A DNA stretch of 64,000 nucleotides from Chiloscyllium plagiosum (Eukaryota): NCBI RefSeq assembly GCF_004010195.1, contig NC_057720.1:1075700-1139699 (forward strand), read 5' to 3'. The position numbers and the translations under genes were made by a program. Positions 24,342 through 37,785 of the stretch are shown one piece after another; within the stretch, counting starts at the first letter, position 1, and the number at the start of each line of letters is the position of its first letter. The notes beneath the pieces are model-generated. The model was not told the origin of the DNA and did not search any database. It was given only the letters and a program-made list of their open reading frames with translations.

Positions 24342-27300
24342 AGAGCATAGAACAGTACAGCACAGAACAGGCCCTTTGGCCCACGATACTGTGCCGAGGA
24401 TTAATCCTAATGTAAAATATAATAACTTAACCTATGCATCCCTCAACTCACTGCTATCCATGTGCATGTCCAGCAGTCGCTTAAATGTCCCTAATGACTC
24501 TGCTTCCACCATCATCACTGGCAACGCATTCACAACTCTCTGCGTAAAGAACCTACCTCCTACGTCCGCTCTATACCTTCCTCCTCATATCTTAAAACGA
24601 TGAACCCTCCTACAAGTCAATCCTGCCCTGAGGAAAAGTCTCTGGCTATTTACTCTGTCCATTCCTCACATTATTTTGTATACCTTGATAGGTCTCCTCT
24701 CTTCCTCCTCTCCAGAGAGAGGAGTCCGAGCTTAGTCAACCTTTCTTCATAAGGCAAGCTCTCCAGTCCAGGCAGCATCCTGGTAAACCTTCTTTGCACC
24801 CTCTCCAAAGCCTCTGCACCTTTCCTATAGTAGGGCGACCAGAACTGGACACAATACTCCAAGTGTGGTCTCACCAGGGACTTGCAGAGCTGCAGCAAAA
24901 CCTCGCAATTCTTAAACTCGATCCTCCTTTTAATGAAAGCCAAAACACCATATGCTTTCTTAACAACCCTATCCACTTGGGTGGCAACTTTGAGGGATCT
25001 ATGCACTTGCACACCCAGATCCCTCTGTTCCTCCACACTGTCAAGAATCCTGTCTTTAATCCGATATTCAGCATTCGAGTTTGACCTTCCAAAATGCATC
25101 ACTTTGCATTTATCCAGGTTGAACTCCATCCGCCATTTCTCAGCCCAGCTTTGCATCCTGTCTATGTCACACTGCAGCCTGCGACAGCCCTCTATACTAT
25201 CGACGACACCTCCAACCTTTGTGTCATCTGCAAATTTACTAACCCACCCCTCAACCTCCTCATCCAAGTCATTTATAAAAACTACAGAGAGCAGAGGCCC
25301 AAGAACAGAACCCTGTGGGACCCCACTCAACACTGAGCTCCAGGCAGAATACTTTCCATCTACAACCACTCTCTGCCTTCTGTCAGCCAGCTAATTCTGA
25401 ATCCAGTCAGCCAAATCTCCCTGTATCCAATGCCTCCTGACTTTATGAATGAGCCTACCATGGGGAACCCTATCAAATGCCTTGCTGAAATCCATATACA
25501 CCACATCCACTGCTCAACCTTCATCAACCTGTCTCATCACCTCCTCAAAGATCTCAATAAATTTGTGAGGCATGACCTGCCCCTCACATAGCCATGCTGA
25601 CTGCCTTTAATCATGTATGCTTTGCCAATAGTCATAAATCCTATCCCTCAATTCTTTCCAAAACCTTGCTGACCACAGACGTAAGACTGACTGGTCTGTA
25701 ATTGCCAGGGATTTCCCTATTACCCTTCTCGAAAAGAGGAACAACATTCGCCTCCCTCCAATCCTCCAGTACAACTCCCGTGGAGAGTGAGGAGGCAAAG
25801 ATCTTCGCCAGCGGCTTAGCAACCTCCTTTCTCACTTCCCGGAAGAGCCTGGGATAAATCAGGTCTGGCCCCGGGGACTTATCAATCTTAATGTTTGCCA
25901 AAATTTCCAGCACATCAACTTCATCAATCTCGATCTGGTCAAGCCTGTTTCCCAGCTCCTCAAAGTTCTCATTCACAACAAGTTCTCTTTCCTCAGTGAA
26001 AACCGAAGCAAGAAACTCATTTAGGGCTTCCCCTATCTGCTCAGACTCCACACACAAGTTCCTACGCTATCCCTGACCGGCCCTACCTTCTCCCTCATCA
26101 TTCTCTTATTCCTCACTTATGAGTAAAATGCCTTTGGTTTCTCTCTAATCCATCTTGCCAAGCCTTTTTCGTGTCCCCTCCTGGCTCTCCTCAGTCCATT
26201 TCTGAGCTCCTTTCTAGCAAGCCTGTAATCCTCTAAAGCTGTGCTAGATCCTTGCTTCCTCCATCTTACATAAGCTGCCGCCTTCCTTTTGACGAGAAGT
26301 TCCTCTGTTCTCGTCATCCAAGGTTTCTTAATCTTACCTCTTCTTACCTGTCTCAGAGGAACAAATTCATGCATCACTCACAACAACTGCCCCTTAAATA
26401 GTCTCCACATGTCTGCTGTGCCCTTTCTGTGGAACAATTGCCCAGTCTGTACTACCCAACTCTTGTCTGACAGCGTCATAATTTCCTTTTCCCCAATTAA
26501 ATATCTTCCCTTGGTAACTGCTCCTTTCCCTCTCCATGGCTATGGTAAATGTGAGGCAGTTGTGATCACTGTCACCAAAGTGCTCTCCCACCGCGAGATC
26601 TGACACCTGTCCTGGCTCATTGCCGAGCACCAAATCCAAAATGGCCTCTCCCCTCGTCGGCCTGTCTCCATACTGAGTAAGGAAACCCTCCTGAACACAC
26701 CTGACAAAAACGCTCCATCCAAACCATCTGCACTAAGGTCAATATTGGGAAAGTTGAAATCACCCATAACAACCCAGTTACATTCATTTTTCCAAAATCT
26801 GCCAGTCTGAGAGTTCTTCAATCTCTCTATGCTATTAGGGGGTCTGTAGAAAACCCCCAATGGGGTGGCTGTTCCTAACGTCCACCCATAGGTGGACAAA
26901 GAAAATTTACAGCTGAGGAACAGACCCTTCGGCCCTCCAAACCTGAGCCGATCCATATCTACTGTCTCAACCTGTCACCCAATTCCTAAGCATCTGTGTC
27001 CCTCTGCTCCCCACCTACTCATGCATCTGTCCAGATGTATCTTAAATGAATCTACTGTGCCTGCCTCTACCACCTCTGCTGGCAACGTGTTCCAAACGCC
27101 CACCACCCTCTGTGTGAAATACTTGCCGCGTGAATCCTTCACCCTGGGAAAAAGCTTGTCTCTATCCACCCTGTCTATACCCTTCATGATTTTGAACAAA
27201 CCTAACCTACTCAACCTCTCTTCATAGCTAGCACCTTCCATACCAGGCAACATCCTCGTAAACCTTCTCTGCACTCTCTCCAAAGCACCCACATCCTTTT

Positions 27301-28795
27301 GGTAATGTGGCACCCAGAACTGTACACCGTATTCTAAATGCCGTCGAACCAATGTACAATTTTAACATGACTTGCCAGCTCTTATACTCAATACCCTGCC
27401 CAATGAAGACAAGCATACTATATGCCTTCTGACCACTCTATCCACCTGTAGTCAAACCTTCCTCAACAACCTCCATTTCTGTAGCTGTGATGCACACTCT
27501 GATAGCAATGCTACACCCCGTCCTCTTTTTCCACCCTCCCTGTTCTTTTTAAACATTCTAAACCCTGGAACATCAAGCAGCTATTCCTGCCCCTGTGAAA
27601 CCAACGTTATGGCCACAACATCATAGACCCAAGCACTGATCCATGCTCCGTGTTCGTCAAATATAGAACGGTTCTGTACAGTACAGGCCCTTTGGCCCAT
27701 GACGTTGTGCCAAGCATTTATCTTAATCTAAGATAATCTAACCGATACACCCCTCAATACACAAGCATCCATGTGCTTGTCTAGCAGTCGCTTAAATGTC
27801 CCTAATGTCTCTGACTCTCTCACCACCGCTGGCAGTGTATTCCACGCACCCACCACTCTCTGTGGAAAGAACCTACCTCTGACATCTCCCCTAAAACTTC
27901 CTCCAATCATCTTAAAATTATGCCCCCTCATGATAACCATTTCTGCCCTGGGAAAAACTCTGTGGCTATCTTCTCTATCGATGCCTCTCATTACCTTGTA
28001 CACCTCTATCAAGTCACCTCTCTTCCTTCTTCTCTCCAATGTGAAAAGCCCTAGCTCCCTCAACCTCTCTTCATAAGACACACCCTCTAGTCCAGGCAAC
28101 ATCCTGGGAAATCTCCTCTGCACCCTCATCTTTTCTATAACTGAACATAATATTCCAAGTGTGGTCTCACCAGGGCTTTATAGAGCTGCAACAAAACCTC
28201 ACGGCTTTAAAATTCAATTCTCCCCATCAATGAAAGCCAAAACACCATATGCTTTCTTAACAACCTGATCAACTTGGGTGGCAACTTTGAGGGATTTACG
28301 TACATTGACCCCAAGATCCCTCTGTTCCTCCACACTGCCAAGAGTCCTGTCTTTAACCCCATATTCAGCATTCAAACTTGACCTTCCAAAATGAATCACT
28401 TCACATTTATCCAGGTTGAACTCCATCTGCCACTTCTCAGCCCAGCTCTGCATCCTGTCAGTCATGTTGTAGCCTGCAACAGCCCTCAACACAATCTACA
28501 ACACCACCACAAATTTACTATACTAACCACCCTTTCACTTCTTCATCCAAGTCATGTATAAAAACTACAAAGAGCAGAGGGCCAAGAACAGATCCCTGCG
28601 GGACACCACTGATCACCAACCCAGCACAACTTGCTGTCTTCTTTTGGCCAGCCAATTCCATATTCAGACAGCCAAATTTCCCTGTATCCCATACCTCCTA
28701 ACTTACTGTGGAGAACCTTATCAAATGCCTTACTGAAAAACATATACACCACATCCACTGCTCGACCTTCATCAACGTGTCTCGACACATCTTCA
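24342..28795 (-). mobile_element. Cluster of nested CR1 copies: 24342-26880 ORF2, 26890-27450 3' insert, 27450-27650 endonuclease remnant, 27660-28795 3' fragment
   Basis: 232-aa RT ORF ([18 protein letters not shown]), DLVLGNEPGQ/GDSDHN endonuclease motifs, and three separate 3' tails. Confidence 0.88.
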
Positions 28796-28970
28796 TAGCA
28801 GAATGATCTGTACTGTCCTTTTGGAGACAATCCTGATAGGCCACAGAGTTTGCCCTTTCAGACCCAGTGCATAGGTGTCACTGCTATAGTCAATATTCGG
28901 AGGAACTGAAGTGTCCTATTAACAAATCATTTCCTTTAAACCATCAATTCCCCTGTGCAATTAAACTTAC

Positions 28971-29099
28971 AGATGCTGAGGAATCGGAGTGTTCCACATC
29001 TGGTCTCGAGACATTCCAGTGACAATTGCGAGGAAAAACTGGGGGATGAGGGGAGAGGAACGGGACGATATCTTCATCAAACCTTCTGGCTCGTTCAAC
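28971..29099 (-). CDS. ERICH3: ERICH3 coding exon, 129 bp: VERARRFDEDIVPFLSPHPPVFPRNCHWNVSRPDVEHSDSSAS
   Basis: Acceptor gttgttgaaag, donor GTAAGT, phase 0-0. Contains the LSPHPP motif of ERICH3. Confidence 0.9.
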
Positions 29100-29884
29100 C
29101 TTTCAACAACAACAAATTATATTTAGAACTCTAATAGCTAAAAACTTTCCACATTGCTTCATAGAAACAATTAGCAAAGGAAATTTGATAAGTGGGAACA
29201 TGGGAAATATGAGCAGGAGCAAGCTATTCAGCCCCTTAGCCTATTCCACTATTCAACTGGATAATGGCTCATCAGTTACCTCAACACCCATTTACCTGTA
29301 CTCCTTGGTTTATCTCTACAGTCTTTACAGTTCAGAAACCTAGCCTTTCAGGGGGTTGGTGAAAAATGGCAGGCAGTGTAGGGAGGGTAGTAGTAGGGAG
29401 ATGGACAGAGGAGCTGGGAGGGAGAGGAAGGAGGTCATGGAGGGATTTAAAAACAAGGATGAGACTTCTAAAATTGAGACATTTTTCAACCAATGTAGGT
29501 CGGTGTCCACGGAGGGTATTTGGTGAATTGGATTTAGTTGTGTGTAAGGGCATTGGCTGAACATTTTTGTGGAGGGCAGAATTCAGAAGCTAAGCCAGGA
29601 CTGCGCTGGAATCGTTAGGTCAAGAGGTAACAAAGACAAGGAGTTTCAAAAGAAGAGGTGGGATCTGATTGAAACTCTCAGAATGCTGGGTGGCCTGGGC
29701 AGAGCGGACATGGAAAAGATGTTTCCACCAGTTGGAGAGACTAGGATCCAAGGGCACAGCCTCAGAGTGAAGAGACGATCCTTTAGAACTGTAATAAGGA
29801 GATGGTGAATCTGTGGAACTCATTGCTACAGAGGGCTGTGGAGGCCAACTTACTGAATGTATTTAAAACAGAGGTGGATAGTCA

Positions 29885-30088
29885 AGAACCAAAAGAACTG
29901 CAAATACTGTAAATCAGAAATCGCTGGAAAAGCTCGGCAGGTCTGGCAACATCTGTGGAGAGAACTCAGAATTAATGTTTCAGGTCAAGTTCTGAGGAAA
30001 GGTCACTGGACCCAAAACATTAACTCTGATTTCTCTCCACAGATGCTGCCAGACCTACTGAGCTTTTCCAGCAATTTCTGTTTTTGTG
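29885..30088. mobile_element. Inverted pair of family D hammerhead-like units inserted in a CR1 3' fragment
   Basis: Arms at about 29915-29987 and 30010-30080. Degenerate core gtt CTGAGGA aaggtcactggaccc AAAACATT aac. Confidence 0.65.
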
Positions 30089-30582
30089 ATGGATAAGTTC
30101 TTGATTGGTAGGGGGATCAAAGGTTACAGGGAGAAGGCAGGAAAATGGTTGAGAAACAGATCAGCCATGATTGAATGGCAGGACAAACTGAATGGGCTGA
30201 ATGGCTCCCTTTTCTGATTGTCTTATTGGGTATGCATGAAGATTTTAGCAGATGTGCAGATACAAAAGCAAAGTTAGGGGAAACATCGCTAAGATGGCCA
30301 CGGGCGGACTTGGTGATGACATGATTTTGTGGTTTGGGGTTAATATAGGAGAAAATATGGTCTTGAATTTGTAAACAGGTTAATTAATTGGTCAGACATG
30401 CTTAAGCAATATGCAAAAACATTTTGACACTGAGTAGTTAAGATTTCAAATGCAGTACCTGAGAATCTGGTGGAAGCAGGTTCAATCAATGCAGTGAAAA
30501 GAGAATAAGACTGATCAGTGAAATGGAAGAATGTGCAGGGGCATGGGATGTGATGCAATGGGCTGGTCTGGACAGCAAGGGC

Positions 30583-30957
30583 AGGTGGTGGCCTAACAGT
30601 AATGTCAGTGGACTATTAATCCAGAACCCAGGATATTGTTTTCGGACATGATTTGAATTCCACCATGGCAGATGGGAAAATTTGAATTCATTAAGATCTG
30701 GGATAAGTAGCATATCTAATGATCACCATATAACCACTGTCAATTGTTGTAAACATCCATCTAGTTCACTAACGTCCTTCAGAGAAGGAAATTTTAGGGA
30801 AGGAAATCTGCCATCCTTACCTGGTCTGGCCTACATGTGACTCCAGACCCACAGCAACATGGTTGACTCTTAGCTACCCTTTGGGCACTTAGGGATGGGC
30901 AATAAATGCTGGCCCAGCCAGCGACACCCATATCCTGTGAATGAATATAAAAAAAAG
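30583..30957 (+). mobile_element. tRNA-derived SINE with LINE-type tail
   Basis: Head ggtggcctaacagtaatgtcagtggact...gaattccacc. Tail gggatgggcaataaatgctggcccagccagcgacacccatatcc followed by an A-rich end. Confidence 0.7.
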
Positions 30958-31741
30958 GCACTATATGAATTGGTCAAACAGGGAGCTGGTGTAATGCGAT
31001 GGATTGTAAGGTCCCCTTCTGGGCTGTGACAGTCCTGAGATTTAGCCTCAGAACGTTACAGGGAGAGGGATGGGTTCAGTGGCAAAGGAATGGAATTTAC
31101 AGTAAGGTGAAAACTGAAAACAGTATTGTCGATGAGGGATTTCAGACAGAGAAAATCGGGAGAAAACATTTCCAGTAACAGGAGAAACATTGACCAGAGG
31201 GACACAGACTGAAGGCAATTGGTGAAAGATACAGAGAGGGAGAGATGAAGAGAATTGTTTTCACTAAGCCCATTGTTGTGATCTCGAACTAGCTGTTTGA
31301 AAGGGCAATATAAACAGATTTAATAACAAACTATCAGAAAGATTTTGGGGAAATAGGCAAGTGACAAATGAGGACAAGGTTTCAGGGAAAGAACAGAGAA
31401 GTTTGAATATTTGGAAAACATTTTCAGAGAGCTGGTTCAGGAACGTTATACTTCAGTGTGGTCAGATTCTAGGTGCTCAGCTGCTGCTGGAACTGAGGGC
31501 ACAAGGTCAGCGGACAAACAGGATACTCTGCACAATCCCAGGAAGTACTTGTATGAACCCAGAGGGAAGAGAGAAACACAGACCGGGGCTTGATGGCAAA
31601 ATTGAAGGGAGAAGCTGTAGGAAGGTGATGGGGTGGAGATCAAATAGATTGAGAGAGCATTCTCAAACATAGAACACTCCCCTTAACCAACCATAAAGCT
31701 AACATGACAAACTACAAAGTAGTACAGAAAAACACTGGAAC

Positions 31742-31813
31742 CTTTATCCTTTGGACACGTTCTCTCCTGGCAAAATCCTCCAACCTCTTCCTGATTTCAA
31801 GTTGGTGGTGCCG
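31742..31813 (-). CDS. ERICH3: ERICH3 coding exon, 72 bp: RHHQLEIRKRLEDFARRERVQRIK
   Basis: Acceptor gttgtccccag, donor GTTCCA, phase 0-0. Matches ERICH3 RYHQLEIKKKLETLARKERIQRFK. Confidence 0.92.
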
Positions 31814-31904
31814 CTGGGGACAACAGAGGAGACAAAATTCATTAGGAACCGAGGCAAGAATTTTTTCACACTGTTCTCTAAGGCATTAAACAGCAAAAAA
31901 AAAT

Positions 31905-32205
31905 TGCATTTATAAAAGAATAGAACTTTTCTCTTTATCTAAGTACTTTTCACACTTTCAGGATAGTACTTCGCAGACAACAAAGAAACTTGAGGTCTGG
32001 ACACTGAAATTTGGGAAATGCAGCTGTCAAATTACACTCAGCAGACAACGAAATACTGACTCAACTATTTGTTTTTGATGTGATGTTGGTTGAAGGACAA
32101 ATATTGCCTGGGACTTTGTGATGAGCTCCCTGATCACTGAAATTGTGCCACAAGATCTTTTACTTGAAATGCGTGCTTAATGTCTCATCCAAAAGGCAGC
32201 AGCCC
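31905..32205 (-). mobile_element. Degenerate Deu-domain SINE (SacSINE1/AmnSINE1-like) remnant
   Basis: gatgttggttgaagg...aatattg..., agatcttttac and aatgtctcatccaaaaggcagca resemble the recalled Deu-SINE body. Highly diverged. Confidence 0.45.
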
Positions 32206-34579
32206 TGAATAAGGGAGGTTATGTTAAAGCTGCAGATCAGACCACGCCTCGATACCTATGAATAAGTCTGGCCCCTACCTTACATGACAGACATGATCAG
32301 ACTGGAGAGAGGTAAGAGGAGATTAATGAGGATGCTGCCAGGATTACAGAATTTTTATTCTGAGAAAGGATTGGACAGCTGGGATTGTTGTCTGTAGAAC
32401 ACAGGAGGCTGAGGGGGGATTAACTGAGGAGTTAAAAGCAATGAGTGGGTCAAAGAAAGTGGATAGGAAGGTGTCCCCATTGTCAGAAAGGTCATGAAAC
32501 CATTGGCAGAGGATGACAGCAATTGGGAAGAGGATGACAGGGGAGTTGAGGAGGAATGCTTGCACCAAGAATTTAGTGGGAATTAGAAACCCACTCTATA
32601 AAAGGGTAGCAGAGGCAAAAATCCTCAGCAGATTTAAATAAAAAGACTTGGTCGGGCACATACAGGACCCCGACCATAACCTGCAGTGCAACAGACAGTG
32701 AAACAGAATGGAACCGCTGTTTGTGGCCATCTCAGAAACAACGGCTGAATACCTTTGCTGATTCCATATTTCTGAGGAACTGAGGGCATTGTTGCTAAGA
32801 TGACACAAAGGAAGGTGGAGGGACAGGTAGGGTTGAGAAAGCATGGAGGCTGCAGGAGGACATGGACAGGATAGGAAAAAAGGCATAGAAATGGCAGATG
32901 GAATACAATGTGGGAAAGTATGAGGTTGTACACTTTAGTAGGAAGGATAGAGGCAGAGACAATTTTCTAAAATATACTATTTTATAAATCTGAAGCACAA
33001 AGGGTCTGGGTGGGGCGTGCCCGAGTTCAGAGTTCTCTTAAGGTTAACATGCAGGATCAGTTGGTGGTTAGGAAGGTAAATGCAATATTAAAATTCATTT
33101 CAAGAGGGCTAGAATACAAGAGCAGTGACACACTTCTCAGGCTGTCTAAGGCTCTGTGAACCATATTTGGGATATTGACAACAGTTTTGGGCCCGTCTCT
33201 TGGAAAGGGTAAGAAGGTAAGAAGGAGGAGGAGGAGTAGGCCATCCGGCCCGTCGACCCTACTCCGCCATTCAATAAAGTCATGGCCGATCTTTCCATGG
33301 ACTCAGCTCCACTGACCTGCCTGCTCACCATAACCCTTAATTCCTTTACTGTTCAAAAATACATCTTTGCCTTAAAACCATCCAACGAGGTAACCTCAAC
33401 TGTTTCGCTGGGTGGGGAATTTCACAGATTCACAATCCCTGGGAGTAGTAGTTCCTCCTCAATTCAGTCCGAAATCTGCTCTCCCTTATTTTGAGGTTAT
33501 ACCCCCTAGTTCCAGCTTCACCCCCAGTGAAAACAACCTCCCTGCTTCTATCTTATCTATTCCCTTCATTTTTTTATGTTTCTATAAGATTCCCCCCTCA
33601 TTCTCTAAACTCAAATGAGTATTGTCCCAGTCTACTCAATCTCTCCTCATAAGCCAACCCCCTCAACTCTGGAATCAACCCAGTGAACTCCCCTGCACCC
33701 CCTCCAGTGCCAGGACATCCTTTCTCAAGTAAGGAGAACAAAACTGTAGACAGTACCCCAGGTGTGGCCTCACCAGCACCTTATACAGTTGTAGCAAAAC
33801 CTCTGCTCAGCAGCATGCTGCAATTTTTCACCATTTAAATATAGCCAATTTTGCTGTTATTCTGACTAAAATGGATGACCTCACATTTACCAATATTGCA
33901 TTCCATCTGTCAGACCCTTGCCCACTCACTATCTATATCCCTCCGCAGACTTAGTGTCCTCTGCACACTTTGCTCTCACACTCATCTTCATGTTATCTGT
34001 TAACAGTGACACACTACATTAGGTCCCCAACTCCAAGTCATCCATGTAAATTGGTGTGCCAGCATTGGACGGAATCGAGAGAAGAGTAACTAGAATGATG
34101 CCGGGCTGAAGAACTTATCATCTAAGGAAGGATTGAAGAGTTTAGGTCTGTACTTAATGGATGGGGGAGTGGGGAATCAGATTGAGACTTACAGAATACT
34201 GTGACGCACCGATAGAGTGATCATGGAGAGATGTTTCCATTAGTAGAAAAGATTAGGACCCAAGGGCACAAAATTAGGTGAAGGGACAGCCCTTTAGAAC
34301 GGAGATGAGAAGGAATTTCCTCAGAGGGTCGTTAGCCTGTGAAATCTGTAACTGCATAGAGCTGTGGAGGCCACGTCATTGCACGTATTTAAGGCAGAGA
34401 TTGATGGGTTTTCCATTGGTGAGGGGATCAAGGGTTATGGGGAGAAGGCAGGAAAATGGGGTTGAGAAACATATCCGCCCTGATCGAATGGCGGAACAGA
34501 CTCAAAGGGCCGAATGGCCTAATTCTGCAGCTGTATGTTATGGTCTCAGATCTGAAACTCCATCACTGATCCTGCGATA

Positions 34580-34772
34580 GTACAGCACTCCCTCAGTGTC
34601 AACCTTCTAACAGTGCAGCACTCCCTCAGTACTGACTCCCCAACAGTACAGCACTTCTTCAGTACTGACTGTCTGACAGCGTAGAACTCCCTCTGTACAC
34701 ACCCTCTGACAGTGCGGCACTCCCTCTGTACTGATCTTCTTGCAATGGGGCACTCCCTCAGTACTAACCTCT
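34580..34772. repeat. Degenerate copy of the 32-bp minisatellite, about 6 units
   Basis: Repeated cagcactccctcagtactga units. Confidence 0.85.
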
Positions 34773-36404
34773 CAGATCCTCAACCTAACTCTCAAAATAA
34801 ATATGAGATGGGAGAAATTGATCTGTTTGATTGACAGCCAAGATTCATCCAATGAATAACTAAGAATCCATTTGCGTTCCAATTGGCTGAGAAGTCTTGA
34901 ATAATTTGTGAGACGAGTGGTCGAGTTGGGCTCAGAGAGTTGAAGACAGGCAGTCTTCTGAAGAAACCCTCCAGAAACCCAAACGGAGTTGGAACGAAGC
35001 AACAGCAGGTGGCTGTTCAGCCTCTGTCATGTATGAGAACACGCCTTGGTCTGTGACCTAACTCCATATCGCCACTTTTTCCCAATTTCCAAACTAGATG
35101 ACACTGTTTCTTTCTATTCATCTCATTATTCCCACTATAACTGTGAAAACACTGATTAATTTTGCACTCAATCTTCTACAATCCTGAGAAAAACCACCAT
35201 CGTGTGTGTAAAGTCTCCCTGTAATTTTAAACCTGGAATCAGGTGGAGTTGTAGTTAATTCAATTTGCACTCCTCCCGTGACTAATAGATTGTTTTTCCT
35301 AAGGTGTAATGCCTGACATGTGCTCCCAGAAGTTCTGAGAGAGTAGTTTAACCAGGGTTTCGTATAACATGACCTCAATCCCCTTATATTTTTCATTTTT
35401 CTTGTTGCGTCTCGTGGCATGAGGAAAGCAAAGCATGTGCTTACATTGGTTTCTATTTCTGGTTTCTCCTGGAACAGGTAACCAGCCTGTTTCCACAGTC
35501 TATCGCCTTTTCTTTTGTGTGCTAGTGCCTGATCGTGAAGGTGTGTGTGCTCCGAATCATGTATGTAAGATTCTCCCGCTCTGGTTGCTGTCAGTAGTGT
35601 GTGCTGAAAGGATCTGAAGGTAGATTCTCCACCCACCTGACCACGTTATGAATGCATCTGGTCTTTCATGCCCCGGAGTGGGACTCGAACCAGTATCATT
35701 TGGCTCAGAGGTCAGGAGGCGATGTCACTCCTCTCCCCTTGCTGCTTGGCAGTGCAGCTTGTCGGAATGTTGGTCCCTAACTCCTGCCGCTTAGCCAGTA
35801 ACCGAACCAGGTCAACCATTTCCCTCAATTCTATCAGGTTCAACTTTGGCTCACATATAGGATTTTATCAAATATCTTCTGCAAGTCCAAACATATAACA
35901 CCCACAGACCTTCTCCTGTCTGTCACTCAAACTTCATCAGTCATGATCGACTCTGGACAAATCCATGCCAGCTCTCATGGACTGATTGAAAATGTCCAAC
36001 AGGTTCAATTGCTTCACTCTGCATCATACACTACAATTTCCCACCCACACAACGTATGAAATGCCCAGTTTAGAATTTGCTGGTTTCCCTCTCGCGTTCT
36101 CTCTTAAATAGTGAAGTGAAACCCTCAATTCTCTGACCTTCAGGAACCATTCCTGAGCAGAGATTACAGATGGGGCATCAGCAATGTCCTCATCTGCTTT
36201 TTTTTGCGGTTAACTGGTATGATCCGTGGTAGAGAGAAGGCCTCATGAGCAAAGATTAAACAGACTGAGACCCTACTCCTGGGAGTAGAGAAGAATGAGA
36301 GGTGATCTCAATGAAACACATAGATTTGTAACAGCTTCAGGGGGTGACTGCTGAGAGGATGTTTCCCTCATGGGAATTTCCAGAACCAGAGGGCATAGGC
36401 TCAG

Positions 36405-37632
36405 AATAAGGTTCCCCATGGGAGACTGATTAGCAAGGTTAGATCACATGGAATACAGGGAGAACTAGGCATTTGAATACAGAACTGGCTCAAAGGTAGA
36501 AGACAGAGGGTGGTGGTGGAGGGTTGTTTTTCAGACTGGAGGCCTGTGACCAGTGGAGTGGCACAAGGCCCTCTACTTTTTGTCATTTACATAAATTATT
36601 TGGATGCGAGCGTAAGAGGTACAGTTAGTAAGTTTGCACATGACACCAAAATTGGAGGTGTAGTGGACAGCGAAGAGGATTACCTCAGATTACATGATTA
36701 GATTAGATTACATTACAGTGTGGAAACAGGCCCTTCGGCCCAACATGTCCACACCGACCCGCCGAAGCGCAACCCACCCATACCCCTACATTTACCCCTT
36801 ACCTAACACTACGGACAATTTAGCATGGCCAATTCACCTGACCTGCACATCTTTGGACTGTGGGAGGAAACCGGAGCACCCGGAGGAAACCCACGCAGNN
36901 NNNNNNNNNNNNNNNNNNNNNNNNNNNNNNNNNNNNNNNNNNNNNNNNNNNNNNNNNNNNNNNNNNNNNNNNNNNNNNNNNNNNNNNNNNNNNNNNNNNN
37001 NNNNNNNNNNNNNNNNNNNNNNNNNNNNNNNNNNNNNNNNNNNNNNNNNNNNNNNNNNNNNNNNNNNNNNNNNNNNNNNNNNNNNNNNNNNNNNNNNNNN
37101 NNNNNNNNNNNNNNNNNNNNNNNNNNNNNNNNNNNNNNNNNNNNNNNNNNNNNNNNNNNNNNNNNNNNNNNNNNNNNNNNNNNNNNNNNNNNNNNNNNNN
37201 NNNNNNNNNNNNNNNNNNNTGAACAGGCTGGGGCTATTTTCCCTGGAGCGTCGGAGGTGACGTTATAGAGGTTTACAAAATTATGAGGGACATGGATAGG
37301 ATAAATAGGCAAAATCTTTTCCCTGGGATGGGGGAGTCCAGAACTAGAGGGCATAGGTTTAGGGTGAGAAGGGAAAGATATAAAAGAGACCTAAGGGGTA
37401 ACTTTTTCACACAGAGGGTGGTACGGGTATGGAATGAGCTGTCAGAGGAAGTGGTGGAGGCTGGTACAATTGCAACATTTAAGAGGCATTTGGATGGGTA
37501 TATGAATAGGAAGGGTTTGGAGGGATATGGGCCGGGTGCTGGCAGGTGGGACTAGATTGGGTTGGGATATCTGGTCGACATGGACGGGTTGGACCGAAGG
37601 GTCTGTTTCCGTGGTGTACATCTCTATGACTC
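36405..37632 (+). mobile_element. CR1 3' half interrupted by an HE1-like SINE (36697-36898, minus strand) and an assembly gap
   Basis: VVEGCFSDWRPVTSGV and FFTQRVVRVWNEL motifs. The SINE tail gattagattag begins at about 36697. Confidence 0.85.
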
Positions 37633-37785
37633 TAAAAGGGCACCAATTTAAGACTGAGATGAGAAGGAATTTCTCCTGTCAGAGGGTTGAATGTCTTTGG
37701 AACTCCTTGGCACAGAGAGATGAGGGGGCAGAGCTCGTGTATATTGAAAGTTGAGACAAGTAGATTCATGACCAGTAAAGGAATA

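Noticed and set aside
35118..35636. 172-aa minus-strand ORF
   Set aside because: It overlaps decayed CR1-like sequence, has no recognisable domain, and is not needed for the ERICH3 exon chain.
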